A stretch of 62,000 bases of DNA from assembly GCF_964275005.1 (NCBI RefSeq), contig NC_092705.1, forward strand, positions 1,798,001 through 1,860,000, in the 5' to 3' direction. The notes below the pieces were generated by a model, which saw only the letters and a program-made list of their open reading frames with translations, was not told where the DNA came from and did no database searches. Origin of the DNA: Diadema setosum. Lineage: Eukaryota. The number at the start of each line of letters is the position of its first letter. Position 1 is the first letter of the stretch. A program made the position numbers and the translations under genes. This document shows, piece after piece, positions 1-13,374 of the stretch.

Positions 1-2808
1 TGTTATGCTTTTATATGAATGTTTTTCAATAAGTTTGCATGTAGGTCCTATTTATTCATGATGTACTATCACATGTTCTTGATGTTTTTGTCTAAATACC
101 ACCATTCCTGTATGTAAACATCTCCCACTGAATTTCCAGTCATATTTCTATTGGACAAATGAATAATGAATAAATGAATTAAATTAGAATTAAATTAGAT
201 TAAATGAAATTCAATTAAAGTGAATTAATTTGAAAAAGAAAACAACCCACAACTATCATTTTCTTTTCATCCTCCCCACTAATACTGTGGGGGGGGGGGG
301 GGGGGGGGAATCCCCAAAACAATGCAGTTACCAGATAAGCACTACGAATACAGTGACTCAATCACTAAGTCTTACTCATTCTTGACAAAATTTTTCTGTG
401 ACTCATTCAAAGAAGAAATCCACTGTCTCATGAAACTCACATGTGGCAGCCATGTTTTGAAAAGCTACAATGATACTCGACACACGTTGCGTAAGAATCA
501 GCCCAACCGTGACACAGGTTGCTTCCAGTTTCCTTGACAGCTAATCCACTACTATAATAACTAGCTTGAAATGATTTTCTAATGCTCTTGAACATCAGCC
601 ACCTGCCAGCAAAGTAAATTCAGCACATTACTATGTACACGAAGTTTGTACCAGTCTTACAGCAAGTGGGGAGAGCAATTAAAAGATTTCCTTTCAAATT
701 TGATGAAGATTTAATGTGTCCGGCCCATGGCTTTAAGATAAAATACTCAATTTTATAAGCAGATAACTGAATGTTACGCCAAAGGATCAAGATTCATCGT
801 TACCGGTACTCAGACACTGAATTTAAATTCATCACATCGCAGTCTATCGCCAAAATGAGCTTAACTACATAATGTTTGCTACATAAAAGAAGAGGCTTGT
901 ATGGGATAGAGACATTAAGCAGTGCATCAGGGGCACTCTCATGAGTTTTTAACACACCTCTGGGTGTGTCATTCACTACAAATTAACCCTCCGAGATGCG
1001 CGAATTCCACGGCCACGTGTTTACAGCATGACTAATCGTTGTTCCTAAGTTGATAGAAATTTGATACCGGCACGCTGCGATCTCTGACATAACGACAAGC
1101 CACGTACCTCATGTCACCTCGCAACCAAATGGGAATGAACTGAATTCTCACATTTCAATATCACAGCAACTCAAGCTCTCATCAGAACAGCACATTTTGA
1201 CTCATTTGGGGGTTGTGCCTCAAGAAATTAATTATTAAAACTCTCTTTAAGATTATGGGATGAATTGTTTAATTAAACTGTATACTCACTTAAAGTTTAT
1301 GAGCATTTACTTACTTAATAACAACGGAGGAAAAAGATGCAATGACATACAAGCTTTATGAACAATTTGTTACTTTTCCAATCTCTTATCAAATGCAGCA
1401 CAACAGCACATTATATGTGGAATGCTTTTTCCAATCCCATGCATAGAACCTTCATGCCTGTCGCACAGCACAAGTAATTTAGTAGCCTGTAGAATCTGCA
1501 ATTATTCATGAAAAAAGTCGGTGCTTGCAGCGGAACACGTGGGAATCAAATGTTAGGTGACTGCCATTTCCCCCACAGGTTGGGGAATTCAGGTTTTCTG
1601 TCATTATGCGATTTTCTCAGAAAAAAAAAAAAAAATGTCATCCTTCCTGAATAAGGGATAGTCAGCTTTCACTATCTCCTGCATTTGGGCAATCATTTTT
1701 TTTTTTTTTTTTTTTTAATCACAGTTCTGAAGAAGTACGATTCAATTCAACTTAATCAAATTCCAATTTATTATGAATTTTCCAAGTAACAGTAAGCACA
1801 CTGAATTATCCCAGCCAATTAAAAATTGTCAGAAGCAGGAGGCAAATGCACAAAAGAAAAAAAGTCAAGTAATTAAAACTTCTATTTAATGAAATTAATA
1901 ATGTTCCTCTACCTTTACATGAACTGCACAAGGGAGTAGTACTCGGTATAGAATCAACTACCTATATTTAACTGAGATCACATGGTGTGTAATAATAAAA
2001 AAAGAAGATAATAAATCTGCATAATTTGTCATATCACACACTTCCCTACATGGACTTTTATGTTATGATGTTTATCCTATACATCCCAAAGTCCTAAATC
2101 ACTATATAACTGGAATTGTCTTTTCATTTGTAACCAGAAATTTAGTGATTGGAAATCAGAATGATTGCATACATAAGACTAGGTTGTGTTTGTATTTTCT
2201 TCGTAGCATGGGGAGGAACTAGAAAGTTGAACATTTTTTTTTCTCTCTTATTTCTAAATGCAAGCACCAAAAGCTTGATTTAACAGGTGTCTTCAATTTC
2301 ATTTTTGTCATATTGTGGCAAATAACATCAGCTGATGTCCAGGTGCAACAAAATAATCAGATGCACACTGCATGAAAAATGACTAATGAAAAATGTTTAT
2401 TTAGTAGAGCCCTAGCTGCACCACAGATGCAACATGAACGGTGAAAGGAGTGGAAAATACCAGTAGCTACCATTACGTGGTTGCTTCACCATCACACTTG
2501 CAATTAGCCAATTGACCCCCATTACTTTCCCCTGAGTCAGAGTGAAGTACAACTGCCATGCTGCTCTAATCCTGTGATGCACACTTTCTATACATGAATC
2601 CATGGCTATTTCCATTGGTGGTTGAATACCTTTTCATGCTTTCTGTTTATTTTACACAAAACAGAATACATGCATTATAATAGGCCAGTAGAACACTTGA
2701 TAACTTGAAACTCTGTATCTGGTTGTAGAAGGAATAGTCATTACATCGAAATGCTGCAAGGAGAAATAAACAGGTCCTTTAACTTCAATTTAGCTACTGT
2801 GATGCTGT

Positions 2809-2983
2809 AAGGGAATAATTTTCCTGGTATCACATAGCAATTTGCTATGCATTTTGGTATGACTGTTATACAAAGAGTCATTTGCATAGCAATTTCACTA
2901 CATAGACTGGTACACCATTTGTTCAAAATATTTGTCCACCAACTGAAGTCGCTATTCATTTTCGAGAAGAAAATTATTCCCTG
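2809..2983. mobile_element. ~175-bp MITE, older copy of the element at 22168-22344 in opposite orientation
   Basis: Ends (a)AGGGAATAATTTTC ... GAAAATTATTCCCTG. Internal sequence is the reverse complement of 22168-22344 (e.g. CATAGCAATTTGCTATGCATTTTGGTATGACTG). Confidence 0.75.
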
Positions 2984-4541
2984 TACAGGTGGGGGGGGGG
3001 GGGGGGGCTGCAGGTGTCCACAGGATCAGGCATTCTATTTCGTAGAAGTAAATGTTATGTACATTAAAATTCTATATTGACTGTGGTGACAAAGTCAACA
3101 GACTAGTCATTATTTGGAGCACTGCTTAATAGTTGCTTGCAGAATGAATGATCTGAACATTACAGCCGCACTCTTGATTCTATACAATTGAGTCCATCAG
3201 TCATGTCAACAACTCATTTTGTGTGTGTCTCCATCTCACTGGATTGCGAACAGCAAAAAAGCACACCCCCCAAATGTATCAAAAGAAAATACACTTCCGG
3301 AAAGACGTTGTTTTGTTTGCATTCTTCCCCCCCCCCCCCTTCCCTCCGGCAGATTGTGACGTGAGCGAGATCTGAATGCTATCAAAGGGTGCCTGCGTCA
3401 TGCAATGCCACATTACGCCACCACACTAACGGTTTCTGACTAACATTTTCAAACTGATTCATTCCCGCATCATAATGTGTAATTCTACCCACAGGGAATG
3501 TAATGACATCACAAAATCTCTCTATTGACAGAGGAAAAGGAAAAAGACCTGACTCGAAAGTGGCATTTGATACTGACTTTAAAAATCCATTTTCAGAAAG
3601 AAACAGAAATTCTGCAATCAAAAATATATTGCCAATTTAAGAATCAGCAGCAAATTTAGTAATTAAGAGGTTTTTATACATTCTACAGACAAAATGCACA
3701 ATAGATGAACAATGGACTAAAATGTAAGAGATTCAAACAGTTTTGCTTTACTCTATGACACCATGGTGAAGAAACATAAAAACTAAAATGAATAGAAAAC
3801 CCAAACCAAAGAAATATTATTTCTGAGGGTTTACTCGTTAAATGCTGCTGCTCATACAGAAATATTTATTCTCTCTATATATATATAATATAAAAAGGCC
3901 AAGACACATTTTTTTTTTTTTTTTTGCAGGAGGGGTGAAATCAAATAAATTTCAGTTTTCTCAAGAATGGTCATTATGTGCCACACAAGGAATATTTCTT
4001 AAAAATGGCAATGTTCAACAGACATGACGAATGAGAAAGGGCGTGCAAGCAATGAAGAAGTCACATGATCAAAGATGGCTCTTTTGAGGTCACCTCTAAA
4101 TGTCACCATGGCAAGCTTGAGGACTTCTGAATGATTGCACTGCATTTTTAGGATTTGCCCCATTTCTTCGTATAATTTGTACCAATCTATCAGTTGTCTT
4201 CAGAAATAGCAATCTTGTATAACTCGATTCTAAAGAGTTTGTTTGCAGTGTACTCATGCCATAAAAGTGCCGGGAATAAAATCTGTCCATTACCGTGGAT
4301 GCCCTTGACGGACGTATTTTTTTATTTTTTTTATTTTTTTTTAAATATGATGTTTTGGAAGGTGAACTCTATTTTTTGAGCAGAGGGGGTCAATGACTTT
4401 GTAGTCTGGCTACGTGGGGGGGGGGGGGGTGTTTTTGAAACATCAAGTTACTACAACATACATCAAGTGGTTGATAAGTGGAAATATTTATTCGAAGGTG
4501 GAAATATTTATTCGAAAGTAGAAATAGTTTCTGGTACTCAC

Positions 4542-4590
4542 CATTGCCTGCTCGATCTTGTTGTCGATAGCACCGCCAGCTGGCGACGTG
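4542..4590 (-). CDS. TSC22D: Shared internal exon of a TSC22-domain family gene (TSC22D/GILZ/bunched-like); start of the TSC box
   Basis: Minus strand reads TGTGCTTTTCTCCGTTGCAG|C ACG TCG CCA GCT GGC GGT GCT ATC GAC AAC AAG ATC GAG CAG GCA ATG|GTGAGT. The 49 nt encode xTSPAGGAIDNKIEQAM, with phase 2 in and phase 0 out. AIDNKIEQAM is the TSC22 family hallmark, and an intron after EQAM matches vertebrate TSC22D gene structure. The paralogue number cannot be assigned. Confidence 0.95.
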
Positions 4591-4727
4591 CTGCAACGGA
4601 GAAAAGCACATAATACATCAGTGTTAATGGGACTAAGAGGAGCTGGAGCGGGTTTCTCATTCCCACACAGTTTGTCATGTTTCAGCTGCACTCTTGGTGG
4701 AGTAAACTTGTTGTAGAGCATACGCAT
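4591..4727 (-). CDS. TSC22D: Candidate in-frame 5' extension of the shared exon (proximal-promoter isoform)
   Basis: ATG at 4727 (AAAC ATG) reads MRMLYNKFTPPRVQLKHDKLCGNEKPAPAPLSPINTDVLCAFLRC with no stop, straight through the acceptor into STSPAGGAIDNKIEQAM. A CpG-rich region lies directly upstream. Confidence 0.45.
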
Positions 4728-5299
4728 GTTTCGTCGGTTTTTTGTTTTTACACAATGACTGATGGATAAGGTGGTGTCTTCGAGTCAAAATGAAGCTTTT
4801 CTGGAGACACAAATACACAGATGAAGAACTCTCGATGTATTTTTCTCACTCTGTCCACGACAATGTTTCAAAAGACAGCAAAGATGGGGCAAAGTCTTCA
4901 CACACAAAAAAAAAGTCTTGACAGCTTGTACACGGCTACTGATCACCGTGTCGAATCATGAGACACATCCAACTAAACTACGGCAGAGTAAGTTTCCAAG
5001 TCGAATGGTACACAAGTTCTCTTTGGATCCACATGATTACGCAAGCGCACGAGGGAAAAAAAAAAATCAGGTACGCAGCTAGGACGTCGTGGCACACAGT
5101 GATGAGGGCAAAATGAGACGACTGTACCCTTCTCTTTCCGTAGAGGGACTACTGCTGGGCCAAAGGAACGTAGCAGCAAGCAAGCCGGAGTGAGCTGGTT
5201 CTTTGCTGCTGTGCGTGCGCTGGGAGAAGAGGTTGGGAAAGAGCACGACGAAAAAAGAAAAAGTGTCTCTGACGTTTTATCTCTACCTGTCACCTTACA

Positions 5300-5960
5300 G
5301 ACAAGCACCCTGCGAGGGGAATACAGAGTGACAACCGGTCTCTATAATCCAATGCCTCGTTGGAAACTGGTCGTGTCGGACTGACGTCAGTGCGACTTAT
5401 GGGCCAGTTCCTGTTCCGCAGAAGGGGACGCACGGTCGGTGCTTTTTATCGACCCTGGCCTGGCCTGGCCTGGCTCAATCACGGCATGGATCCAGGCATG
5501 GGCAGTAAAACTTTCAGCTGCGTGAACACGCCTCCAGAGACTACACTTCTGTATTTTTCTTTTTTTACCTTGGGACTTTAGTTTATCCAGGGAGAACTGG
5601 GAGCGTAAGCTAAGCGTTATCCTCAAGCAACACTGTACCAACTGGGCATCCCAAGAGAATGCTCCTCACGTAATCTTCCGCCACAGAATAAACTGAGCTC
5701 GTCAGAAATCGCTGATCAAATGCACGCAAATAGACAACAACACACAGAGGAGGTCAAAATTCACATTGGCGATAGATAGCAGACGTGATGATCAGGGTTG
5801 TCAACTGGTAATCAAACAGGGGCCAAACTGCCAGGCCCTTCTTGGCAAGCAATGTCATACAGCAAGGTTGATAAACAGGTTATAAACATGCACGCACGCA
5901 CAGCGTATGGACAACGTGCGAGGTCCACGTAAGACTTGTGTTCACAACACTGTGTAAAAC
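5300..5960 (-). promoter_or_regulatory. Putative proximal promoter: full CRE, CCAAT and Forkhead-type sites
   Basis: CpG-enriched. 12-bp palindrome ACTGACGTCAGT at 5380-5391 (CRE core TGACGTCA); CCAAT at 5349-5353 next to a minus-strand TATAGA; ATAAACA at 5871-5877 and 5882-5888; further ACGT bZIP-type cores near 5667, 5783 and 5927. Confidence 0.45.
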
Positions 5961-6383
5961 TGAGGCTTGGCACTCATGAGTCTCCTGTTAACACATTGCA
6001 CATCAGAGGGCAGGAATTATAATATGTCTGCCCAGTAAAATGCTCTGTAAAAAGTCCTTGTTCCTCCAAATAATATTCTCATTGGCAAGATTAGCTGGAG
6101 CTGTGTAAAGGTTTCGTGAATTGGCCGCTTGTGATGAGGTGAATATGAGGGATGTTTACAAGCGTGTTTTCAGTGCATGGTCTTCCCTCTAAGCCACGAT
6201 CTGTAATGAGCTTTTATACACAGAGAGACTGTGGCGGGCAATACTCTTTTCAAATAGTCAACGCTGGAGTCTGACCCACAATGACCCCACTGTGTTCTCC
6301 ATGCAAGCACAGGCGAACCCAGTGGAAATTTCTCGAGCTAGCGCACCTGCGTGCAGGATTGGAAAATTACTGTATGCGTACTA

Positions 6384-6393
6384 GGGAATTCCC
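6384..6393. promoter_or_regulatory. Perfect palindromic NF-kB-type site GGGAATTCCC
   Basis: Exact match to GGGRNNYYCC, with kB-like neighbours TGGAAATTTCT (~6323) and GGGGAGTTCAC (~6417). Confidence 0.35.
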
Positions 6394-7445
6394 ATGGAAT
6401 GGTCCACTAGCAAAGAGGGGAGTTCACGTAGCAATCTCACGATGTGGTCGCCTTTCACAATTATTTTTACTCAAGAAGCATGATGGGCTACGCTGAACTC
6501 TAACAAATAATTTGATGATTGGAATTCTGCCTCTGTTTTATAGTCCTTCCGGTATGGAAACCTTGAATGATTGAAAAATTCTCAAAGTTTTCCACCACAT
6601 GCTCGCACTTGTTTGCCTGAAGAGAAACACCCCTACCTGAAATAATGGAACAACCCAATCACATGCAGGCTGCATGATACTACCTAGCCAGTGAATAAAT
6701 TGTCCTCAAGGACCTTTTAAAGAGAGTGGCGGCAACGCTCCAATGCTTCCGGTCTCTTCTCTTTTTGTTGTTTTAGTTTTGTTTTGTTGCCACTATAATC
6801 TTCTCAGGGGTTGTACTCCCTGAGCCTGTGATGAAATGGGTTAGTAGATGGCGGTATGTGAAAAGTGCCCTCTTTGTTCAAAGTCTATATAGCTATTTCA
6901 AAGTTCAAAATGTCACTGGTAATTGACGTGCAAATGGTTTTGTACATCTTTTGGTAGTGTGATGAAATCACTTGGTTATTTTCCATGAAAGAAACTACAA
7001 AGTTATGAAGTCAGTCAGAGCATAATCTTCAAAAGAGGCCTTTTTTTTTTAAGGGGAAAATCATTTATATACAATTATAGATATAAGGGTATTTTTTAGC
7101 TGCAGGAAAAAAAGACTGATATTACTTTTTCAAATCTTTATGATCAAAGTTGTACTCCTAAAGAAAACAAGATTGAAAGTGGGCATCACAATAAGCATAT
7201 TAGGAAAAAAGTACTACTCAAAAAAAAAAAAAAAAGCTGCAAAACTTTCCGTCAATTATACTTGAAAGGAAGTGTGGACAAATATAGACATGATGAAGAT
7301 GATGAAGTAATGCAGACAATTTAATGAAAATTGTTTGCGCGAACTCTGAATTTGTACAATGTACTTTTTTTTAACAAGTGCCTATAAAAATAAAAAAAGT
7401 AAGGGAAAGCTGGTTAATCGTCATGATAACTGCACATATCCCTCT

Positions 7446-8623
7446 CCCCGCGTTCAAATTGGTCCCCGCGACGCGGGGAAAGTCCCGAGCTGTGGGACTT
7501 TCTCCTCAAAAACCATAATGTGAACGCTCGCTGGGACTTGTCCCCTCGTCCCCGCGAAGCAAGTCGGGTACGGGGACAAGATTTGGAGGGGAGAGTGACC
7601 TTGAGGCACAATTGATAGCGTCCAGCTGTGGTCATCAAATGTGCACATGCGCTATGCCTGGATTCAAGTGGCAGAGCTCGCTCCAAGCCCCAAAATGCCC
7701 CCACAGCTCGGGGACAGATGAGATACCAATGTGAACGGTCAGTCGTAAAAAAGATAAGATCTCTTGTGGCTGTCCCCGCGTCGCGGGGACCAATAGGCGT
7801 GTCTTCATCAGCCCGAAGCTCAAACTAGCGGGACATTTTGCGGTCTTAGAAAATAGCCCGATAGAGCGAATGTGCGTCTTCATCAGCTCGAACAGCCTAC
7901 TTCGGGAAATTAGTCCGAAAATTGACGCATGCGCACTTTACATCATTACTCTGCCTAGCTCGCTGTTCGAAAGTGGATTTCCCGCTCAAAATCTCCTACA
8001 ACACCGTATGTACGATACTACAACCAGGGAGGTGAGCAGTACAGCAAATTCTCTCCAAAGGGATATTAATAACGCTACTCTTCTGTCCAGTGACACATCT
8101 TATATGAAATGAACGAATTGCAATGTTTAAAACAAATCCAAAATACACACAATCTGCAAGAATCTTTAGCTAAGGTAGAGTGGACCAGAAGAAGAAGTTT
8201 ACAAAAAACAGCTAGCATGCATACACGGAATCACCTCCCTGGTTTAAAGATGTCAACAACAGTAGGCCTAGTACACACATGTGATCCTTGAATACGCCGT
8301 CAGTGTATGCACTTTACACAATCACTAGCTTGTACATGCGCTTTCAATAGCCAGCTGGCTAACCAGAAGCGTGGAGGGATCGAGAAAATTTCGGGCTGAT
8401 GGAGACGCACCCAAAACAGCGCGCTATTTCACGAATTAGCGCTCTAGTTCACGAACTAGACCAAGATTTTGGGGGAAATTTTCCCGATCAAATAGCGCGC
8501 TATTTGCGTCTTCACTACACAGATAGCGCGCTATTTTGACATCGGACTAGTTTGGTAACCGCAAGATAGCGCGTTATTTTGAAACTTCGGGCTGATGAAG
8601 ACACGCCTAATGTGAACGCGGGG
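7446..8623. mobile_element. TIR MITE (Harbinger-like termini) whose right arm is interrupted by a nested element
   Basis: Left arm CCCCGCGTTCAAATTGGTCCCCGCGACGCGGGGA. Right arm TCCCCGCGTCGCGGGGACCAAT[insert]GTGAACGCGGGG. Confidence 0.75.
7795..8608. mobile_element. 814-bp non-autonomous DNA transposon with perfect 24-bp TIRs and 3-bp TSD (PIF/Harbinger-like), nested
   Basis: TIR AGGCGTGTCTTCATCAGCCCGAAG / CTTCGGGCTGATGAAGACACGCCT. AAT duplicated at 7792-7794 and 8609-8611. Internal TIR-like copies at ~7874 and ~8390. Confidence 0.85.
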
Positions 8624-10087
8624 TAAGAAGATGATGATGTATACGTGTGTGTGTGTGTGGGGGGGGGGGGGGCTGGCCTTTTGACTGCACCTTGGAAATA
8701 ATATACAAATATACTTTGCCTTGAGAGTTTCTTGTTAAAACTATGGGCAGAGGTGACTCCAAAAGAACTATTCACTGAGGGGCTGCACCTCTCACTGACT
8801 GTAGTTCTTTTGGAGGCACCGAGGCCTATAGTTTGACCAAGAAACTTGAAATTGGGCAAAGTATATTTGTTTAATATTTTGGATCAAAAATTCAAACAAA
8901 AGAAAGGGAAATGGGGGAAATGTAGAGTGAGCAGTCATATGGTGGATGCGATTTTGTGAAGGAATCCTACATTGACCATTAATAGCAGCACACGATTTAG
9001 AACTGCTTTGTCATGTTTGTTAAAAATGTTACATTTGACAAGCGCAAACACTGTGCGAAGCAATTTGCGCAATGTCAGAATTGTTTTTATGACGTCACAT
9101 TCGTTCTGTTAGAAATTGATACATTTCCAGAGTGATGGTAGGAGCAGTGCTATAGAAATTGATACATTTTCAGAGTGACAGTACAAGCAGTGCGCAATGT
9201 CAAAATTGCTTTGCAGCATCACAATTGTTTTGTTAGAAATTGTTAATGATGGTGCAAAGCTGCGCACAATTTCAGAATTGCTTTGTGACATCATTTTGCA
9301 AATAGTATACTATTTGCAAAATGTTGTCATAGAAGTGATGTCATTTTGCAAGTAGTACTTTATGGAGTGTCAACTTTCTGAAATAGCTGAAAATACCTAT
9401 AATCATGTGAAGCTCTTTCAACCAAACACAAGAGGATAAGTTTTTGATCCAAAATATAATCTGTACTATTTTGAATTGTGTTCACAAACTCCAAGTCTGG
9501 CCGTGATGTAGATATTATGCGGACAATAGCAGTGTCGCAAATGTGCGGGTCACTCCACACCCGCTCCGATTTTACGACAAAGTAATGCAAACGTTATCCG
9601 CATAATTGAGTTTATGAAAGGGGTATGCGACTATCATTTGCCTTGTACTTTTGTTGGGCTGCATTCACAGAAGTCCAGACTACTGGTTTAAATGATATTA
9701 CCTGTACAAATGAGCTGTCATTGAATATGCAGACACTTGTACTGAAGAGGCTAATGAACTCTTTGAATGAGGTTTCTAAAAACGTGCAAACTGCACTCAG
9801 GATGCCAATAACTTTATGTGACTGATGCTCTCAAATAAAATTGATACGGCAGGATAATACAGAGAGGAATGTGATCATTTCCTTGTAGATTTTAAGTTTT
9901 AATATCATACACACACACACACACATACACATATACACAAAGGATTAATATTATCCAGGACTAGCAGTTTGTTATATCAAGTACACAACTAATATTACTT
10001 ATTGGGGCAAATCAAGAAAAATTTGTTTGGTGTAAATTAACAGAATATGTGCACTTTATCTGAATACCAAAACCAAATAACACAATA

Positions 10088-10088
<1 letters not shown>

Positions 10089-10158
<70 letters not shown>
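10089..10158. repeat. (TG)n microsatellite, about 35 units
   Basis: Uninterrupted TG run. Confidence 0.95.
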
Positions 10159-10167
<9 letters not shown>

Positions 10168-11433
10168 GTAGTGTGTAATTTATAAAATTGCACAGTTCAT
10201 CTTTGACACAGGAATACTAAATTTTCACAGATATGTGTCAGGTCTATAAATAAGCACCGGAAAGATACCGCAACTGCCTCTAGGAAAATCTGAAACCTCC
10301 AAAACAAGACACTCCTATGACCTACTTTCCTAAACAGGGTCAAAACAGGGTGTCAACAAAAGTTTTTGGAATAGAAAGAACACCAGGGACAAGACAGAAG
10401 GAATCACAGGAACAAGGAAAAATAAAATAAAAGGCAGGAATAAATAAAGGGAGGTGCAGATAAACTTAAATTCTCTCTTCTTATTTGCTTGTCTTCCAAG
10501 CAATGCAGGGTCCTCATATGACCACCGAAAAAGAGTAGGAATATGAAGACTAGTGAGCGGGTTAAAGTGTCCAATTCAAGATGACTCCCACCGTGTGTAT
10601 CCACTATGATGGCCATCGGCTCAGTCAATATTCATGCAGCAGCAGTCAATATTGACCTTATGGGGGGATAGCAGGGGAAGGTTTGGATGGAGAAGATTCC
10701 AGTATGACATGTGGCACTCGGCTACAGACATGCTATCAACAGCTCACACTTGCACTTGAATATAATGTCAACAAAGAAACGCCTCCTCTCCCTAGTTAAC
10801 ATTACTTTATGGGGCTTACTGTGACAACGAAAACGTCACTGTTTAAAAACTGCCATTCATGCTGCAATGAGAAATTGAAATGTCAAAGCAACCAGAGAAA
10901 GTGATAAATTTTACCGTTACATCACGCTCGCACTTAAATGATGTAGACAAAGTAATATCCTCCTCCTCCTCCAGCAATCTATTCCCCTTTCTAAGTTGAA
11001 AATTACATGAGGCTTATAAATTCTCATAGGGAATTCATGTGATTTAAAGCAAAATCCTCAAAGTTTGAACTTTCCATTTTCCTCTGTAAAGAAAAGCAAA
11101 ATGTAATGGCACTAGAGCGACAATTACAAGTTTTTGTCACTATCTATTCATATTTACATGAAAAATGTGCATGACAATCTGTTGCACACACGATGCAACA
11201 ATAGCCTAGTCAGCAAACTACTTTTTCGCAAGAGGTCGCTAAGAGTAATCTGAAGCACCGAGTGGATGTCAAATGACACAATTATTACTAGTTGTCCAAA
11301 GTTTGGGTTCAAACTTCACACCAAGCCAGAAAAGTTACCTTCTTGGTGTATATTATTATTATTATCATTTTTTGTTTTGTTTTGTTTTTTGGGTTTTTTT
11401 TTTGTTGTTGTTGTTGTTGTTGTTGTTTTGTTT

Positions 11434-11466
<33 letters not shown>

Positions 11467-13374
11467 TGCAGATTTAAGCACGACTTCTCTGCATGTTTTT
11501 CATCTGGGCCCCCTTTTTATCAAGAGATATGATCGATAATAAATTTTCTCACCACACAGGCTGCCATAGACTTACCATAGAAATCAACTATATAATCAAT
11601 TCATACAACAGGGCCCTGGGCAAATCACCATTGGCTAATAATGGAATTTTTTGCTGTCAGTGTGATCATTAGCTAGGAGGGCTTGGAGGATGTCTTACTA
11701 CATAACAGGCATGTGAACTAGTCGCCATAAAATTGCCAGATATGACGCAGCAAACGTCCTGTTTGCTGAGTTCAAATCTGATCTAAAAAACAAACATTTG
11801 TTACACCCTTTAAATGCTCTGAGATCTCTCACGCAATAATATACAACATAGAGAGGGCAATTCTGTATTTTGTTGACAAAACGTACTGCATACTGGTGGA
11901 TAAGATAACCTCACGTGTATTCATGCAGTAATACAATTGTCCTACTGGAATCAAATGGATAAAGTCCAGGTGGGCGAGAGTAAAATGTTAGCTTTTTTTT
12001 TATATATATACATTTTTTTTTTTTTTTAAAAGAGGCACAGTGTAGTCATTTGTGCAATGAAAGTAGAGGTAAATTGTTAATTACACATTGTACCCTCACA
12101 ACAACGGATCAATAAATAATCCCTTTAGTGGCCCCATTCCAATCGCAAAATGCGGACAGATAAATGGTATGTAGTCATAACACACATACTATTATATAAT
12201 TCTATCACACACTGTAAAAACAGAAAAGTTTCTGATGCAGAAATATTTGCATACTTCATGGCAAGTACCGTCCACACAAAGATAAATACATGGGAATTTT
12301 TTGTCCATTACATCTCATCCACATAACTTGTGGTGCTATGACTGGTAATGTGCTCAAAGTCAACAAATGAGTTCAAAAGCAAAAACCGACTTTTCTTGAA
12401 GCAGGCACATACAATAATTCCAGTAAAATGTTCCTACCTTTATAATAATCTTCAAAGTAAATTTTGTATGTAAAAATACAAATTCCAATCCAGCATCTAC
12501 CTACGTAAAAAATACAGACAGGCAGTTTTGATATCAGTATAAAACAATGGCAGAAGAACCCTGTCCCCTATCACTCTTTTATGAAGACACACAAAACTTT
12601 CATATTCCATGCTTTTTTATTCTATAATCCATTTTTACATGTACACTGTTCTGTCCTTTTGCTTTTCTTATTGTGCGTGTTGTTGTTGTTGGTTTTTTTT
12701 TTTTGAAGAAGAAGAAGTCAACATGAATATGGAGTGGCACTATACTTTGGGGTACAAAGAGTTCATTTCTATTGGCAACCGCTCTGATGGTTTGCTATTT
12801 TGGGGCTGGTGTATCCATAAATCCTATTAAACGACAAAAAGGCTGATGTAACACATGCTGTAAAATGGGGAGCGTATCGCATACCGCCCCCACACTAGCA
12901 ATATAAATGTATATATATCCCCCTGCTATACACTGCCCACACTAGCAATATTTCCCTCTGCCATTAATATTTGATCCATCCCTGCAGGATCCCATATAGT
13001 GATCAAAGGGTAACGACCTCATTGGTCACCACACTAGCTACTTGTATGACTCAGCACGCTTTTTCAGAATCCACCATTTTTTCCCCCAATATCATTACAA
13101 ACTCATCCTCCCATGAGAACTCTCTTCCATTTCACAATAACATGCATGAGCTAACACATGAGGCAAAAATAAAAACCAAAACAAAGCAAAAACAAAGTGT
13201 GAACATTTTTGTGTTAACATTTCATAATATTGTACGACCCTTGTACTTTAACTATACTTCTTGACAATAATGCCAATGTGCAACATTTCCCATGCTCATA
13301 CTGTACATGTGAGTCCATAAATAAGATCAACATGCATTTTTGTTGTCTTTTTGCATGTCTATTGGTACCTAATG

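Noticed and set aside
289..308. Long G homopolymer (one of many G/C runs in the window) as a specific G-quadruplex signal
   Set aside because: Such runs are scattered throughout the window and look like a background feature of this genome; their lengths are also prone to sequencing error.
4060..4100. Minus-strand GACCTCAAAAGAGCCATCTTTGA looks superficially like DLVKSHL, the expected next TSC22 exon
   Set aside because: DL and KSHL are in different frames, KSHL is followed by TGA, and no AVREEVE or leucine zipper follows. The true exon should lie left of position 1.
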